Counted from the first letter of the stretch, positions 1-14,392 are shown. The stretch: 64,000 nucleotides of DNA from Sphyrna mokarran (GCA_024679065.1 JAGIQG010000014.1:32550001-32614000); one strand, 5' to 3'. Numbers and translations: made by a program. Notes: generated by a model from the letters alone, not told the origin.

Positions 1-249
1 GGATATGGTACTTCTAATATAGCATCCATTTTCTGTTCTGCTTTATTTGGGCCTTTACTATCAACAATGTCACTCAAATACTGGACTGACATTGGCAGAA
101 AAAAATTTCTCTTTCTAGAGATGCAGAACATGAGATTGAAGATGTTTAAATGTTGCTTCTAAATTATTCAAATACTCTTGTTCATCAAATTCTGTGATCC
201 AAATATCATCCAGATAACATTCCATAAAGACCACATAAAATCTGATCAT

Positions 250-1470
250 GGCTTTGTGAGTGAGAAATCATGAAATTCATGTCTCACGAATTTGACTGAG
301 TTTTTTTGAAGGGGTAACCAAGAAGGTAGATGAGGATAGTGCAGTTAACATCATCTACATGGACTTTAGCAAGGCCTTCGTCAAGGTACTGCATGGCAGG
401 TTGTTACGTAAGGTTAAATCTCATGAGTCTTGGGTAAGGTAGTCAATTGGATACAAAATTGGCTTGACAACAGAAGACAGAGGGTGGTTGTTTTTCAAAC
501 TGTACCGCAGTGAGCCTCAGGATTTGGTACTGGATCTTTTGTTATTTGTTATTGATTTTAATGATTTGGATGGGAACTAAGAAGGCATGCTTAGTAAATT
601 TGCAGATGACACCAATATTGGTGGCACAGTAGATAAAGAAGGTTAACTAGGATTGCAAAGGAATCTTGATCAGTTGGGCCAGTGGGCCAACGAATGGAAG
701 ATGGAGTTTAATTTAGGTAAATATGGGGTGATGCATTTTGATAGATCAACTCAGTTAGTGGTAGGGTGTTAGGAAGAGTTATAGAAGAAAGAGATCCAGG
801 AGTACAGTTCATAGCTCCTTGCAAGTAGAATCACAGGTGAACAGAGTGGCGAAGAAGGCATTCGGCATCCTTGGTTTCATTGGTCAGAACACTGAATACA
901 GATGTTGGGACACCATGTAATTGTACAAGATGTTGGGAAGGCCACACATGGAATACTGTGTACAGTTCTGGTCACCCTATTATAGAAAGATTATTATTAA
1001 ATTACAAAGAGTTGGGATGGTACTGCAACTTAATGATTTGAGTAATAAGGAGAGGCTGGTTAGACTGGGACTTTTCTCCCTGGTGCATAGGTGACTTAGG
1101 GGTGATCTTATAGAGGTCTATAAAATAATGAGGGGCATAGATAAGGTAAATAGTCAACATCTTTCCCAAAGGTAGAGGAGTCTGAAACTAGAGGGTACAG
1201 GTTTAAGGTGAAAGAGGAAATACAAAAGGGACCAGGAGGACAACTTTTCGCAGAAGTTGGAGTGTCTGGAATGAGATGCCAGAGGCAGTAATAGAGGTGA
1301 GTACAATTTTGTCTTTTTAAAAGCATTTACACAGTTACATGGTTAAGATGGATATAGAGAGATATGGGCCAAATGTGAGCAATTGGAACTAGCTTAATAG
1401 TAAAAACTGGGTGGCATAGAGAAGCTGGGCCAAAGAGACTGTTGCCATGCAGTAAACTTCTATGATCCAT
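250..1470 (+). mobile_element. Degenerate 5'-truncated CR1 LINE (RT to 3' tail)
   Basis: Remnants of YMDFSKAF, KFADDT, HMEYCVQFWSP motifs; many stops and frameshifts. Confidence 0.9.
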
Positions 1471-1667
1471 TGATCTTATTCCAAATAGATGTTATTCAAA
1501 AAGGCAATTTTTTTTACATGAATAGTCTAATGAGTAATGATATTTAAGCAATGGTTGCCATTCAGTGACTACATTCAGTTGTAAATATGCTTGTGAAAGA
1601 TCTTGCTGAATTTTTGCCCACCTGAAAACCTAGCAAATAGATCTTCAATTAAAGGAAGCTGTCTGCT

Positions 1668-1995
1668 GGCATAGTGATTTGCTCTGCTGCCTCAAACTGC
1701 CAGGGACCAGAGTTTGATTCCTGGCTTGAGTGACTAAAAGTGGAGTTTGCATGTTTCCCAGTGTCTGTCTGGGTTTCTTCTGGGTGCTCTGGTTTCTTCC
1801 AACAGTCCAACAATTGCAGGTTAGGTAGATTGGCCATATTGAATTGCTGCTTAATGATTCAAGATGGGTAAGTTAGGATGATTTAGTGGGTGAATATGTG
1901 GGATTATTGGATAGTGCTGGGTAAAATGCTGTCAGAGAAGCAGGGCAGATTCAATGGGCCAAGTGGCTTCCATTTGAACTGTAAGGATTCTATGT
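1668..1995 (+). mobile_element. tRNA-derived V-SINE/HE1-like SINE
   Basis: A/B-box-like head, tggagtttgcatgtt core, CR1-like tail ending ggattctatg. Confidence 0.85.
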
Positions 1996-2019
1996 TGACA
2001 GCACACAACACTGGGGTTT

Positions 2020-2310
2020 ATGGCTATTTTATAATCACCACAAAAATGAACTGAGCCCTCTGGTTTCATAATAGACCAGTCATTCATTATAACTGGCTCA
2101 AACACACTTGTGTTTTAAAATCATACTAATTCTTCTTCGACCTTGGGATGCATTGAATATGATACTGTTCGTGCTTTTGAGACATTTGGGTTGACGATTA
2201 GGCTTTATCTTGAATATACTCTTGTACTTATCCAGAAGATGCTGCAGGTTTGTTTTGGCATTGACCAATCTGTTGCCAGCAGTCCAATTAAGCTTCATCT
2301 TCTCCAACTT
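2020..2310 (-). mobile_element. Gypsy pol fragment (protease-RT linker)
   Basis: Frameshifted LEKMKLNW...LLDKYKSIF...PKCLKAR.VSY...KVEEEL pattern. Confidence 0.6.
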
Positions 2311-2829
2311 TGATCTCCCAAATTGAGCTGAAAAATTAGCATCCCAAGTATTCCTCTTCTTTTTATCTTGGAGACTGTTGACTTGATTTTTTTTTCAAAT
2401 GACCCCAATCATACAGCAAATCATCTTTTCAAATGTGTTAGATATTGCCAGGAATTTCACCTATCTCTGATCAGAAAAAAAGTACTCCTTTAAAATGACA
2501 TAGTGAACTTATTTTTCTTACTTGGTCTTCCTTCTGACACTTAATTCTGTTGTTGATTTTTCCCAGCCTTTTAATATGCTAAGTGTGAGGACCCTCAATG
2601 GCTTTTTCTTGCATTTAAGTGTTTTTCTCGACAAAACAAAATCCCGACTCAGGGTTGTAAGTTTTAAACAAAAAAAAATTCAAACTAATGACTATATATT
2701 TATTCTAGAAGCTTTTCCTTGTGAACATACAAACTGAAAGTAAAACATGATCAAATCACGTGACTGGCTCTTAAAACAACCATGTGCTATTTAAAAACAT
2801 AACAATTTCATTTCAGAAACAACAACATT

Positions 2830-3072
2830 GCTATGGGTCTAGAAGCCAGACCAGGTAAAGATGGCAGGTTTTCTTCCCTAAAGGGCATTAGTGAAGCACT
2901 GGGTTTTTAACAACAATCGACAATGGTTTCAAATCACAATTAGGCATCCAGGTTTTTTTATTGCATTCAAATTTCACCATCCGCTATGGTATTTGAATCC
3001 AGGTTCCCAAAGCATTACCCTGGATCTCTGGATTTATACTCTAATTACAATACCAATGCACCACCACTTGCC
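2830..3072 (-). mobile_element. Second SINE family (copy 1; related to 48535-48860)
   Basis: Shares ccaggtaaagatggcag.tttcttccctaaag...cattagtgaa...gggttttt with 48620-48700; tRNA-like head at the right end. Confidence 0.7.
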
Positions 3073-3959
3073 TAGTGCTTACTGCATTTAGTTGTTTACC
3101 AGTTGCTTTCTTATTTTGGAAAGGATGAATATGCACATCTGATAGCTAAGACTATCATGGAAAACTCTTGAAACAACTAGTGTCCTAATTATTTGCTCAA
3201 TCTAATAAATAGAACTGCACTTGGTAATTTTTAATATAGAATTCAATTATAGTACAGTAAAAATAAAGTTTTTAAGCTGGTACTGTCTTTTTAACAAAGT
3301 TTCTGCTCATTCTATTATTTGTTTTAATTTTTATAAGTCTGTTTAACAACACCGAACTGGAAGTTCTGTCACTAAAGGCACAGTATTGTTTATTCTTAAC
3401 TGCTTCATATATACAGTGCCCACTGAGACACTCATTTTGTAGTTCAAAGATTATATGAATTAATAACGCATTTACAAAGAAAATAGCTGAGGTAACCTAA
3501 TACACAACTTTAAACTGATTCTTATTCAGTTACTCTGGCATTTTTATAACTTGTGAAAACTATAGTTATTTATAAATAAATATTCAGAAATCTTTATAAT
3601 TTAGAATCAAGTAACAATATAGAGCTGATGTGTGGTTCTAGAACAGCTGTTTATTCCAGATTGGGCTTGTTTATAGGGCAGAGCCAGTGCATTCTTCTGC
3701 GAGAACAGTTTACTTACATGGATTTGCAGAACTCCAAGTCCAAAGGGCAAACTTCTATAAATCTAACCTGCTGCTGAAGTGAGAAATAACTGTGTATAAC
3801 AGAATGGGTAAATTTAATGAACACAAAATGGGCCAAATAGCCTGCTATGCTGACAATTTTCAACACTTCTATATATGCCTATGTAGAAACTGGCTAAAGC
3901 TTCAAGATAGCCATAACCATAGCATTTGTAGAAACTATAGAATATAGTATTTGTAGAAA

Positions 3960-5180
3960 TTTTGGAAACATGCAGGACAAGTAAGGTTACGATAATTGGG
4001 GATTTAAATTATGCTAAGGCAGACAGGGAAAAGGGTGGAGTGTAGGGCATAGAAGGGGAGAAAAATTCCTGCAGTGAGTAAAGGAGAACTTTCTGGAACA
4101 GTACATTTCCAGTCGTACCAGGAAGGAAATTGTGCTGCATCTGGTCCTAGGAAATGAGGCAGGTTAAGTGGAGAATGTCAGAGTTGGGGAACAGTTGGGA
4201 AATAGTAATCAAAATACAAGATTCAAAATTAAATTGGAAAAGGATTAAAGATCACAGATTAAGTTCATAGATTGGAAAAGGGCAGAGTTTAGGGATCTAA
4301 TAGTTGAACTGCAATGGGTTAATTGGAAATGCATTTTGGGGGACAGAACAATTGAGAGAGACTTTCAAAGGAGAGATGAATAGGGTGCAAGTTAGATGCA
4401 TATTTATAAGAAATAAGTAAGGGTACCCTGGGTAATTAAGGATATTGATGAGAAAATAAGAAAGAAAAATCAAGTATATGATGAATGCCAGAATAATAAT
4501 AGTAATCCGGAAGATATCTCAAATGCAGGAGAGACACTAAGGAAGGCTAAGAGAAGCACAAGAATGGCAGGCTGTGTTAAAACAAATAGTAAAATGTTTT
4601 TCAAACATATTAATGGTAAAAGATTAGTGAAGGATAGAACTGGGTCCATAAGGGACAAGCAGGATAAAACTGCTCACTGAAACAGAGGATATGGCAGAGG
4701 TACTAAATTAGTACTTTTAATCAAATTTGAAGATGGTGACAATGGCACATTTGAAACTGAGCAGTACAGAGATAAAGAAGTGCTAAAAAGGCTGGCAACA
4801 CTCCAAGTAAAGATGTTGTAGGCTCAGATGGGATGCATCTTAGATTGCTGAGATGAGTAAGGGAGCAAATTGTGGAATCATTGACAGAAATTTTCCAGGC
4901 CTCTCTGAATGCAGGAATAAGACCAGGGGACTGGGTATTTACAAGTGTGATACCGTTGGTTAATAAAGGAGCAAAAAAATAACCTTACAGATCTGTCAGC
5001 TTGACACCAACAGTGGGAAAACTGATAGAGGCTGTCATATGGGATAAGATCAATATATATGTGAGAAAAATAAGTTAACGTGAGACAGTCAACAAGGTTT
5101 TATCAAGGGCAGCTCATATCTGACAAATTTAATCGAGTTCTTTGACAAGGTGACACAGGCAATGGATAAGGGTAGTGCTT
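3960..5180 (+). mobile_element. Degenerate CR1 ORF2 fragment (endonuclease to start of RT)
   Basis: GDLNY, LVLGNE, YRSVSLT..VGK, LTNLIEFF remnants. Confidence 0.85.
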
Positions 5181-5294
5181 TGTCCCAGGCTTCACTTCAT
5201 TGGTGAGGCCCTTCCAAGAAGCCTGTGATCCAGCAGCACAAAGCCACCTCAGGAATGGTGCTTTTCACACTTTTCCCTCTTGTTCTCCCCAGAT

Positions 5295-5505
5295 TCAAAC
5301 ACGTCTCCCTTGACTAAGTCTCTGGCATCTTGTAGTCAACCCTTTGTCTTCCCTAACTAGGCCTCTGATACTCTGTTGTCAACTCCTAGTCTCCCCTGAT
5401 TAAGCTCTAGTAGCCTGCAATCAAACTCCTGGTCTCCCTTGACTAGATCACTTATACCCTGGAGTCAACCCTAATGTCTTCCTGATGAGGCCCCTGGTAC
5501 GCTTT
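5295..5505. repeat. Degenerate ~43-bp tandem repeat, about 5 units
   Basis: (g)tcaa(a)c...gtctYccYtgaYtaRg recurs at about 5295, 5335, 5378, 5421, 5464. Confidence 0.75.
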
Positions 5506-5769
5506 CAGGGTTGCCATGGTCTCCCTTCAGTCCAAGGCTGATCATGGCAGTAGCCCTTCCCATCAGAGCCTGGATCCCTGCAACCAATTCCCCACCGTGT
5601 CAAAGGCTGGTCACCCTGACTCAAAGACTGATTACCTCCAGTCAGAGAGAGTAACTGAGTCAATTTGCAGAGCCGTCCTCTCAGTGGTGCATTCACCCCA
5701 AGTGTCCTTGAGGGGTGCTTGCTTTTTGTAACCAGCTGTGATTCATGCTGTTCTGAAATCACACTGCCA

Positions 5770-6270
5770 AACTGTGAAGCAACATAGGACTAGACTACAG
5801 GTATGCTAATCAATGAAAAACAGCATGCTTTAGAAACTAAGCGATCCCACAACCAATGGATAAAGCTCTGCAGTCCTGTCACGTTCAGTCCAAATTAAAC
5901 AATGAAGAGGAGGAAGTTATATGAATACCACATCCTCAGTGTTAGCAGAGTTTGGCATGAAAGTGCAAAAGACAGGGCTGAAACATTTACAAGGATTTTC
6001 CACCCTCGCATTGATGATCCTTCTCAACTGTCTCCTGAGATCTCTAGCATCACAGGTGAAAGTCTTCCATCAATTCAATTCATTAAATCATGGAGCAGTC
6101 TGCTAGGAGCTCTCAGCAACAGATTTCATTACAACCTTGGTCCAAACATGGACGAAAGAGTTGAATTCCAAAGGTGAAGTGAGAGTGACTGCCCATGACA
6201 TTAAGGCAACATCTGATAAAATATATCAAACTCAGCAGCTTCCAAGATAATGAAGCACACCAAGGACAAG
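5770..6270 (+). mobile_element. Degenerate non-LTR LINE fragment (CR1/L2 group, different family)
   Basis: SAKDRAETF...RIDDPSQLSP linker and DIKA..DK RT remnant. Confidence 0.55.
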
Positions 6271-7609
6271 GAAGACTTTGATCGCAAAACCTTTAACTCC
6301 ACCCTACCTCCATCCTCCCAGCCAATTAAAAACACATATAACAACATTGTGCATTGAATTGGTGATAATCATTTTTCTAATAATCTCTTGTGCAAAATCT
6401 TACCAAATGCCTTTTGGAAGTCCTTATGGACAACATGCACAAAATTTCATCTTTTTGCCATGCTAGGGGCCTTTTAAAAAAATTCAACGAGATTAGTCAG
6501 CCATGATCTACTATTTACAAATCCATCCTGTCTGGTCAATTGCTGTCCAACATGTCTCTTTCGTAAACTGCAGGAAAGAAACTCATCATCTGGTTCCTAT
6601 TCAGATGTATTGAAAGCATGAAGTTCCTGTACTAATGTCAGTAATATGGAGCAAATTTGCAACAAAACAGATCTTATCCACAACAGACCAAGTACCTTTT
6701 AACAATATGATAGACTTAATGACTGCAAAAAGCCTCTCTGGCATGAAAACTATCTTTTGCAACCGTCATTTATTCAGATTTTAGTTGTTGTTGGAGATAT
6801 TTAAAAAATGACATTTATTCTTACTTTTCTATTTTCTCTCTCTCTCTCTTATTCCAATATTTATTTCCTTATTTGCCTTCTTTACCCAATTTGGCACTGA
6901 ACTGTGAAAATAGTGAATTCATTGTTGTAATTTGCATTGCACATATGATTCTTCAACCTTATTTGTTAAGGAGACAGTAACTTGTTCTGTTCATACAACT
7001 CCCAGATGGCTTGTAGAAGCTGTTACATCATTCAGATGTCTCACTCAGAGCAACTTGCCATGCAATACCCCATCATTCAAAATCCCAACCATCACTCTTC
7101 TATCTCTGATCCTCTGTTGGAACTATTCCCAAATGATAGACTGGACTTAAATACTAGCCATGACAAAAACAAATTGATATAAATTGCACAAATTTAAAAG
7201 GTAATGCTGAGTTCAAATTCTAAACATTTCAAATGATTTTTTTTTAAACCAGAACTGACTTCATTCCAATAAACGAAAACATGGAGCAGTATACACACAC
7301 ACCCTCATTTAAAGAAAACCCATATACAGCCCAAAATTAATTTACCAAATCAAATATGCTGCCCACTTTCATGACAACAATTTTTATGCTTTAGTTCTCA
7401 CCTTAAAGGATTCATGAAATAGCTTGAAGATACTCAGAATATTGTTCAACTGGATCAGACATTGCCTTGAAATTGCAACATCATCCTGGTTCCACATTGA
7501 GCAACAGTAAAGACGAATAGTAATTTTCAATAAATGCATGATCAAATGTACCAGCATATTTTTAAAATAAAAGTGACACCTTATAAAAATACCAAAAACG
7601 TTTTTTTAA

Positions 7610-10600
7610 AAAAAATGAACCTTTGTTTTATTGTTGGAAGCTAATAAATGCTTATTCTGTCAACTAAATAAGTCATGAAATCTGTAATTTGAGCAAAACA
7701 ATATTCAGTTACTTTGATTTTAGTACAATAACATACAAACAAGTTCCTTTCTGGGATTTAGTTGCTTTATTATAATCTCTGCAAAACAATTTGAAATTCA
7801 GACTGTGATTACAAGAAGCTGTAGTATCAACACCTGGCTGATACATTGCAATAAGAAAACTGTTAAAGGGGCACAATCACTAAAACACAACACAACCTCG
7901 TTCATAAAAATCTGTTCCACCATTTTCTGTACAGTCAGTAAATGCATATGAATTAAAACCCCTTCACCAGCATAAACCTACATAGAGGTTTAAACAAAAT
8001 GCCTCCAGGTTATCACTGGCAAACATACACAGTATCATTGGTAACTAATTGCCGACTTAAAAAAAGTCTCCCTTTTTTAAGCCTCCCATTTCTTAGTCAA
8101 AAATGAGTAAGAAACCCACATGTATGAGTCTGCCTGTATCATTCTTGAGCAAAATATTCAAAGCTCAGAATGATTTGTCCTCCAATTTTCCTCTTGTGGA
8201 CATATCCCTGACATCTGGCTGATTTAAATCCATGTTTTACGACTTCATGGCACAGTACATGTATATAAACATGAGTACAAAATCAATTGCAATACAAGGC
8301 TCTGCCCATGTATCTGCATTAATCCCATTCATATTGTACAAACTATAAACACACTAACATATTAAAGAATTTTGCTTTGTTACGCTTAAATTTCTATGCA
8401 ACTTTTAACTGTATCCATGAATAATCATTTGAAAGTGGTAATCACCAAGACTATTCACAATAGTTACTGACAATTTGGAGTGATGGTCCTTTCGCCAGAG
8501 GTAATCTACATTTACTGTGATATCTTTGTTAATATTCAATCAAACAATCAGCAGCAGTGAATTCCACATTGCTCAAAAGGTACTACAGCATACACTGTAA
8601 CGGTAATGGAGTTAAATGTACAAAAGCTGGAAAGTCTCTTTCGTGCTGTTGACAGTCTAATCAACTGGAAGGAAGTTAATGTGGAATGAAAAAGAGGGAC
8701 ATGCTTAGACAGTTCCTCTCTAAAAGTGAAAAATGTTAAAAAAGTAGAAGTATTGTATTTATCAAAATGATTAACAGGCACATTTACTAACCGAGAGATT
8801 GGACACTGATATGACATTACTTTTAGCCAATATCCTTTTGTGGGGAGAGTAGACATTGATATGTCACTAAAGCACATGAAACAAGCTCACCTTAAAGTAA
8901 AATATTTTGTACTGCAAGTTTAATAATATGTATAATACTTAGAGCAATATTGAAAAATTGTTGTTTCAAATTAATCCAGACGAAATGTGCTCCCTTCTGC
9001 TAAAGTATCATGAAAACGAGAAATGTGCTTTTATTTCAATGTGATGTAAAATTGTTGCTTGATGAAATGACTGCTATCGCTTCCTTGAACAAATGCTGGT
9101 GCCAAACAGACCTATTTAAAGCAAAAATAGGATATGATCTCCTACTTAGAAAAATACTTGTGTACATGTTACACTGTACATGTCATTATTAAAATTGATG
9201 AAAAGTCAAAGTACAACACAGGCAAACACAGAAGAGTTTTCACTGTTACAATACAACTGGAATAAACAGGTAAACATATCCAAATATTAATTGAAATTAT
9301 TTTCTTTGAAAGGCAATAACCACTTTACAAATAATTTTTCACTAAGTCTTGCTTTCTTCAGTATGCAGAGAAGAGCGATTAAGATTTACTTAATACATAC
9401 ATTTATTTTTAAACTAACTGGGTCCCATATATGACAGAATACACAAAATTAAGATCCAGGATTATTTTGGTACATGTACATTACACATGATAACTCTTTA
9501 TTAATTCATTCTCTGGATATTAATGATGATGCCATTTACAACATCCATTACCCAGTCTCTCAAAGACAGCACATGGTTGTGTTGCAGACATGGAGAGGAT
9601 AAAAATACGAATGAAATCAAAATGATATGACCATAGCAAATTAGTCAACAGTTTCATTTAATTTTCTAAAGGTTGATTGAAATACCAATTCAAAGAAAGC
9701 AGACAGAAGTTCAAAATGTATTGTAAAGTGAGCAGATATTTCATGTAATTTGAGGATGGAAGAAGACTGCATAGATGGTCAGGATTTCAAACTAATAGTA
9801 ATGCCAGTGTTAGTGCCACTAGCAAATATATATTGTGTGTCAAACACAATTTTTCTTAAAGTACATAAGTATATCTATTTTGGAAACAACAGAACTGTCA
9901 ACTTTAAGCGTGTGTTCATGCTGAATTTATGATAGAGCTTTAATTTTAAGGTACATAGAAAGCAACCTTTAAATATTTGTAGCACTTAAAACCATGTGCT
10001 AATCCTTATAACTGACAAAAAAGCACTGCAAATTTGAAGAGATTTTCTGAAAGTGCCAATTAATAAAAGTGATTTGGGGAGAATAAGTTCAGCATTACAT
10101 TTTTTTTTGATATGTGTATTAACAAAGATCCTTTCAGAAATACAATTAGTATTAGAACTGAACATGCTTGAAGAATAGTACAATCAATTACTCAGACACT
10201 TGTGAAAATGTAAAGTTTGTCATTTATTACAGTTTTATTTTAATATAAACCAGACACTCATACTAATGTTTTGCCATTTCCTATGAATGTTTATAGACTT
10301 GTCAAATTTACATTGGACAGAAAAGGTGCTAAAAACTGAATACGTTGGCCAATATTAGGAATGTTATTCTTCACAACAAAATGTATAATTTAATTATGAA
10401 ATGTTGGAAAGCATCATGAGTTAATAAATCTTGGGTGCAATCACAATATATAATACTGCATGAAGAATATACCTGTAGAGTATTAGTAATTTGGATTAAC
10501 TATATTTAACTAGAAAGCACCATTCATAAAGCTGAGTGATACTGGCAAATATTATAAAGTTTCAAACTTATTCTGTTATCGAGCATTTCACCGTTCATCA

Positions 10601-13152
10601 GTAGTTTCCAAAATTGAATTCCCAACATTGTTCTGCAAGTGTTTGATCTAAAATGGTATAGGGCATTAATTTCCATTGAGGATCCTTTTTATTAAGGCAT
10701 AAACATTCCTGGCACTTCTTGAACTTACCAAGTATTTTTTTCTGGATTTATATTTTGAATGGATCAGTTTCATTTAGAATACACAACTTTTTTACTACAG
10801 ATTTTAAAAATCTGATTGAGACTTTTTTCCAGTATATACAAAACTAAACTTAAAGGAGCAAGTCATCTTTTTGATTTATCCAAATTGGTGGTTTGGGGTA
10901 AAGTAGCAGAGTCTAGATAAGACTTGAGTTATAAAAATTGTTGCAATCATGCCAGAAAAATATTATTGAAAAAAAGGTCTGAAAATAGGACTAGATATAT
11001 TCAAACTTACAAAACATAGCTTTTCAGTGCTACAAAGTATTTTCTGACAAGACAGTTTTACAGATCTGTTGTTCCAGAACTTATGACAAAGATAAATCAA
11101 TCATTCCAAGCAAGAACACATAACATGCTCGCTTTGTCAAAATTCCGAATAGAACATTATACATTTCTCTTTTTATAAGGTTATTTTATATATTAGCATA
11201 CATTAAAATATTCAATGAAAAAGGAAGCAAGATATTACTGGCATCAAATTACAACCATTTTAGACTATTTAATGCCACAGAGTCCCCTGGTAAAATGTAA
11301 AGCTGCACAGCTTGCTCTCATCTTGTTACTCAAGAGTAACTATACATTTTACTAACAGGTACATGTCAAGTATCACTGTAGCATTCTTACAGGTCAGGAG
11401 TAGCAGCAATTGGCAGGAATACAAACGCAATGGTGACAAAGTGCAATTCTAATATCCATAAAATAAAAAGTGTTATCAATTAAAGGGTTCTTTCTTTTAT
11501 TTACAGAGAAACAAAATCAAACTGCACTTCTACAGGCTGCCAGTAGTAAATCGGATGGATGTTAACACTAGACTTTTTAAATCCAACAAAACCACTCAGC
11601 TATCAGCAATTCACTATTAATGAAATCATTAATATGTGATGCATTTCCAATCTATAACCTAACCAAAATAACCTTTCAATCCAGTTACTACTAATGAATA
11701 TACAAAATAAAAGCTAAAACCTATGTTGATCTATTTATAATGTCCTAATTGAAAAGTTAGACCAATTGAGCAAATAAGATCAACAGAATTCAGATGACAT
11801 TTACCTTTTACAACATCTATTTTGGTTACCTAATTGAGAATACAAAAATATATAGCTTTAGAAGTACTTTTTTACATCCTATCAAGTAACATTTAGAAAT
11901 CTGACATGCACATCACTACATTAAATGCAAAAGGTGGCAACTTAGGAATTTTAGTACTGATAGGCAATATACATTTATACAATTGTACAAATAGTTAAAA
12001 TTAAATTTTGGTTATTTGCCCTCATTTAAGAGTGTACCACATACATGCTTTTTTTCTTTTTTAATGTAACAATTGCAAGCCACTATATTACACCAAAATG
12101 TTAACACAAAACTACATATAAATTACATTCTTTTGCTATGCATCTACATCTGCAGAAGACAAGAGTCCATAAACTCTCAATATCTGATTTTCTAGAAGCT
12201 TAACAATAGAGTCATAGGATCAAAATCTATAAAGTGTACTTGCATCCTCTTTCTGTGGATATTTGGGCCCACACAACATATTTCACAGTTCTAGTAAAAC
12301 CCTAACCCTCAACCCTGATTACATTCAATTTTGTATCAGTGTAAGCTGTGCAAAACCTTACTTCACTGGCATTATGCCATATAGTTGCAATTGTCTTTGG
12401 TACAAAATAATGTGCAAATATTCTGAAAAGTACCGAAACCCATGTTTCAATAACCATCTTTATACAATACAGACTCTGTGGCATATATCTACATTGTTGA
12501 AATATTCCTATATACATTCATAATGGTTTAAACAGCCAAAGAGTGAAAATAAACAAATAATTTTTTAAATCCATAAAATTTACCCACTGTACATCCATCA
12601 CACCTTACAACTTTACTTTCATTTTAAATACAAGGCACAAAGAATATTACTCCTTTCTCAAACTCAAACTTGCGCAATGTCTGGAAAAGGCCATGTAATT
12701 TGCTATATGAACTACTTAACGCATACAAGAATATATAGTATATACAAAAGGGATATATAGTAATGGTATTAATGGAAAAAAAATCAGCAACAGCTGTTAA
12801 CGTTATGAAGAACTATAAACTTAATTTTTTTGATTTCTTGAGCCAACCACTGCATCCTATTTTCTACGGAAACTTAACATAAGTTTCTCCAACATTTTAG
12901 AACACATCAATCCCTAGGTCATTTTATAGGCAAGTCAAATTTACCATATACCTGAGCGCGCACAACATACTTCTCTCAGTGAGCTTTCCTTTTATAGAAC
13001 TCTAATATTTCAGCATGAGTTTTTGCTCTCTTTTTAAAGCAGATCTAACACAACTAACAAACTGCCACTTGCTATATTGAATCAAATATTTATCACAGAA
13101 ATGGCAAACATATAACTATAGGCTGAAGCTGTTTCTGACAGAAGGTGGCACA
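7610..13152 (-). other. CREBRF: Putative CREBRF 3'UTR (~5.5 kb)
   Basis: AT-rich, free of recognisable TEs, continuous from the stop codon; 3' end inferred from the polyA signal. Confidence 0.65.
7627..7632 (-). promoter_or_regulatory. Candidate polyadenylation signal AATAAA
   Basis: Minus strand reads caAATAAAacaaaggttcattttttttt...tttttggtattttt (U/GU-rich downstream); other AATAAA at 6769 and 6814 are alternatives. Confidence 0.5.
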
Positions 13153-13268
13153 TTACACTTTTGATGTAGGTACTCGAAGACCTTCAAGACCACCTGTTGG
13201 GTCTCCTTCTCCTGTTTTTTCCAACACTTGATTGACAAAGTCAGATGTTTGTCCAGCTACTGTTGCCC
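13153..13268 (-). CDS. CREBRF: CREBRF last coding exon (ATVAGQTSDFVNQVLEKT...LRVPTSKV*)
   Basis: tttgatag|GG GCA ACA...AAA GTG TAA; matches recalled human C-terminus VAGQTSEFVNQVLEKT...PTSKV. Confidence 0.97.
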
Positions 13269-14392
13269 CTATCAAAGAAAAAAAAAGTTACCAATTAAAA
13301 ATCACAGAATTTATAATTTCAACTATTACTTTTACTACTACATGTGAACATAGATCCATTAGAGAATGAGACGAAGGAAACAATAATGGGGAACCTGGAT
13401 AGGGCAGAAAAGTTAAATAAACGCTTTGTATCAATTTTCAAGATACTAACAGCATTCCAAAAATTCTAAATAATCAAGGGGCAAAAGTGAAGGGGTTAAA
13501 ATCATTTGAGTGCAGCAAGCTCCCCTGAAATAGCTACAGCCAATGGTTGCACAAACAAGATGAACAATGGACAGTGCAGATGGGAACTTTTAATAAACCA
13601 CAAGGGGGTAACATGCCAAGTCCAACTCATAGTCACAGATGTGTTTTTTGGATAGCATAATCATGTAGGCGTGCTTCGTTGGTAACTGGATACTGTCATC
13701 AGATAAGCATGTAGAGGATGTAATTGGTTAACGATATTCACCCGATAGAAATGAAGTAACAAGAACTATTAACTGTAATTGAATACAAATGCCTTTAGAA
13801 CAAAGTTATACTTGTGACTGGTAAATGCTAATTGCTTGTAAGATAACCAAAAAGGTATGAATTACGGATGCAATGTATCACAGAGAGTCTATATGCAACC
13901 TTGGGGGACAGACTTCCCTACATATCTTTGAATAATGACCAAGTCAAAAGAGAGTTTTGTCTGGTCTCAAGGAGAGCGAAGTATGTGGTAACTGGATAGC
14001 TGTTAAGTTTCTAACATATGGCAACAAGGATGGGATCTGATCAGGTCAGTTGTGAAGGCAGGGCTACAACTGAATATTATCTTTAATTATACTTTCAACT
14101 GGCTATGGTTGTAGAACAGTAGTTGATTAAAAAGAGTAGATGTAAGCTGAGAGTATACCAGATGAAGGAAATGCTGGAGAACTTGAAGTTCCCCTCGCGG
14201 GGACACCCAAGAGGTGGTCAGAGACACTGGTATGGTTCTCTCATCCCACTGCACTAATTTTTCAGCACAGTGGGCCAGGAGATTCTTGCGTTGACCAATT
14301 TGCAGGGTTTGAGTATGAATTCCTGCCCCAATAACATCTCCCAGCTCCAGATTTCTGGGGGCATCACATCCGCGCCAGAAGTCAGCAGGGAG

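Noticed and set aside
5295-5505. CRISPR-like array
   Set aside because: Units are contiguous and diverged along their whole length, with no repeat/spacer alternation and no cas genes.
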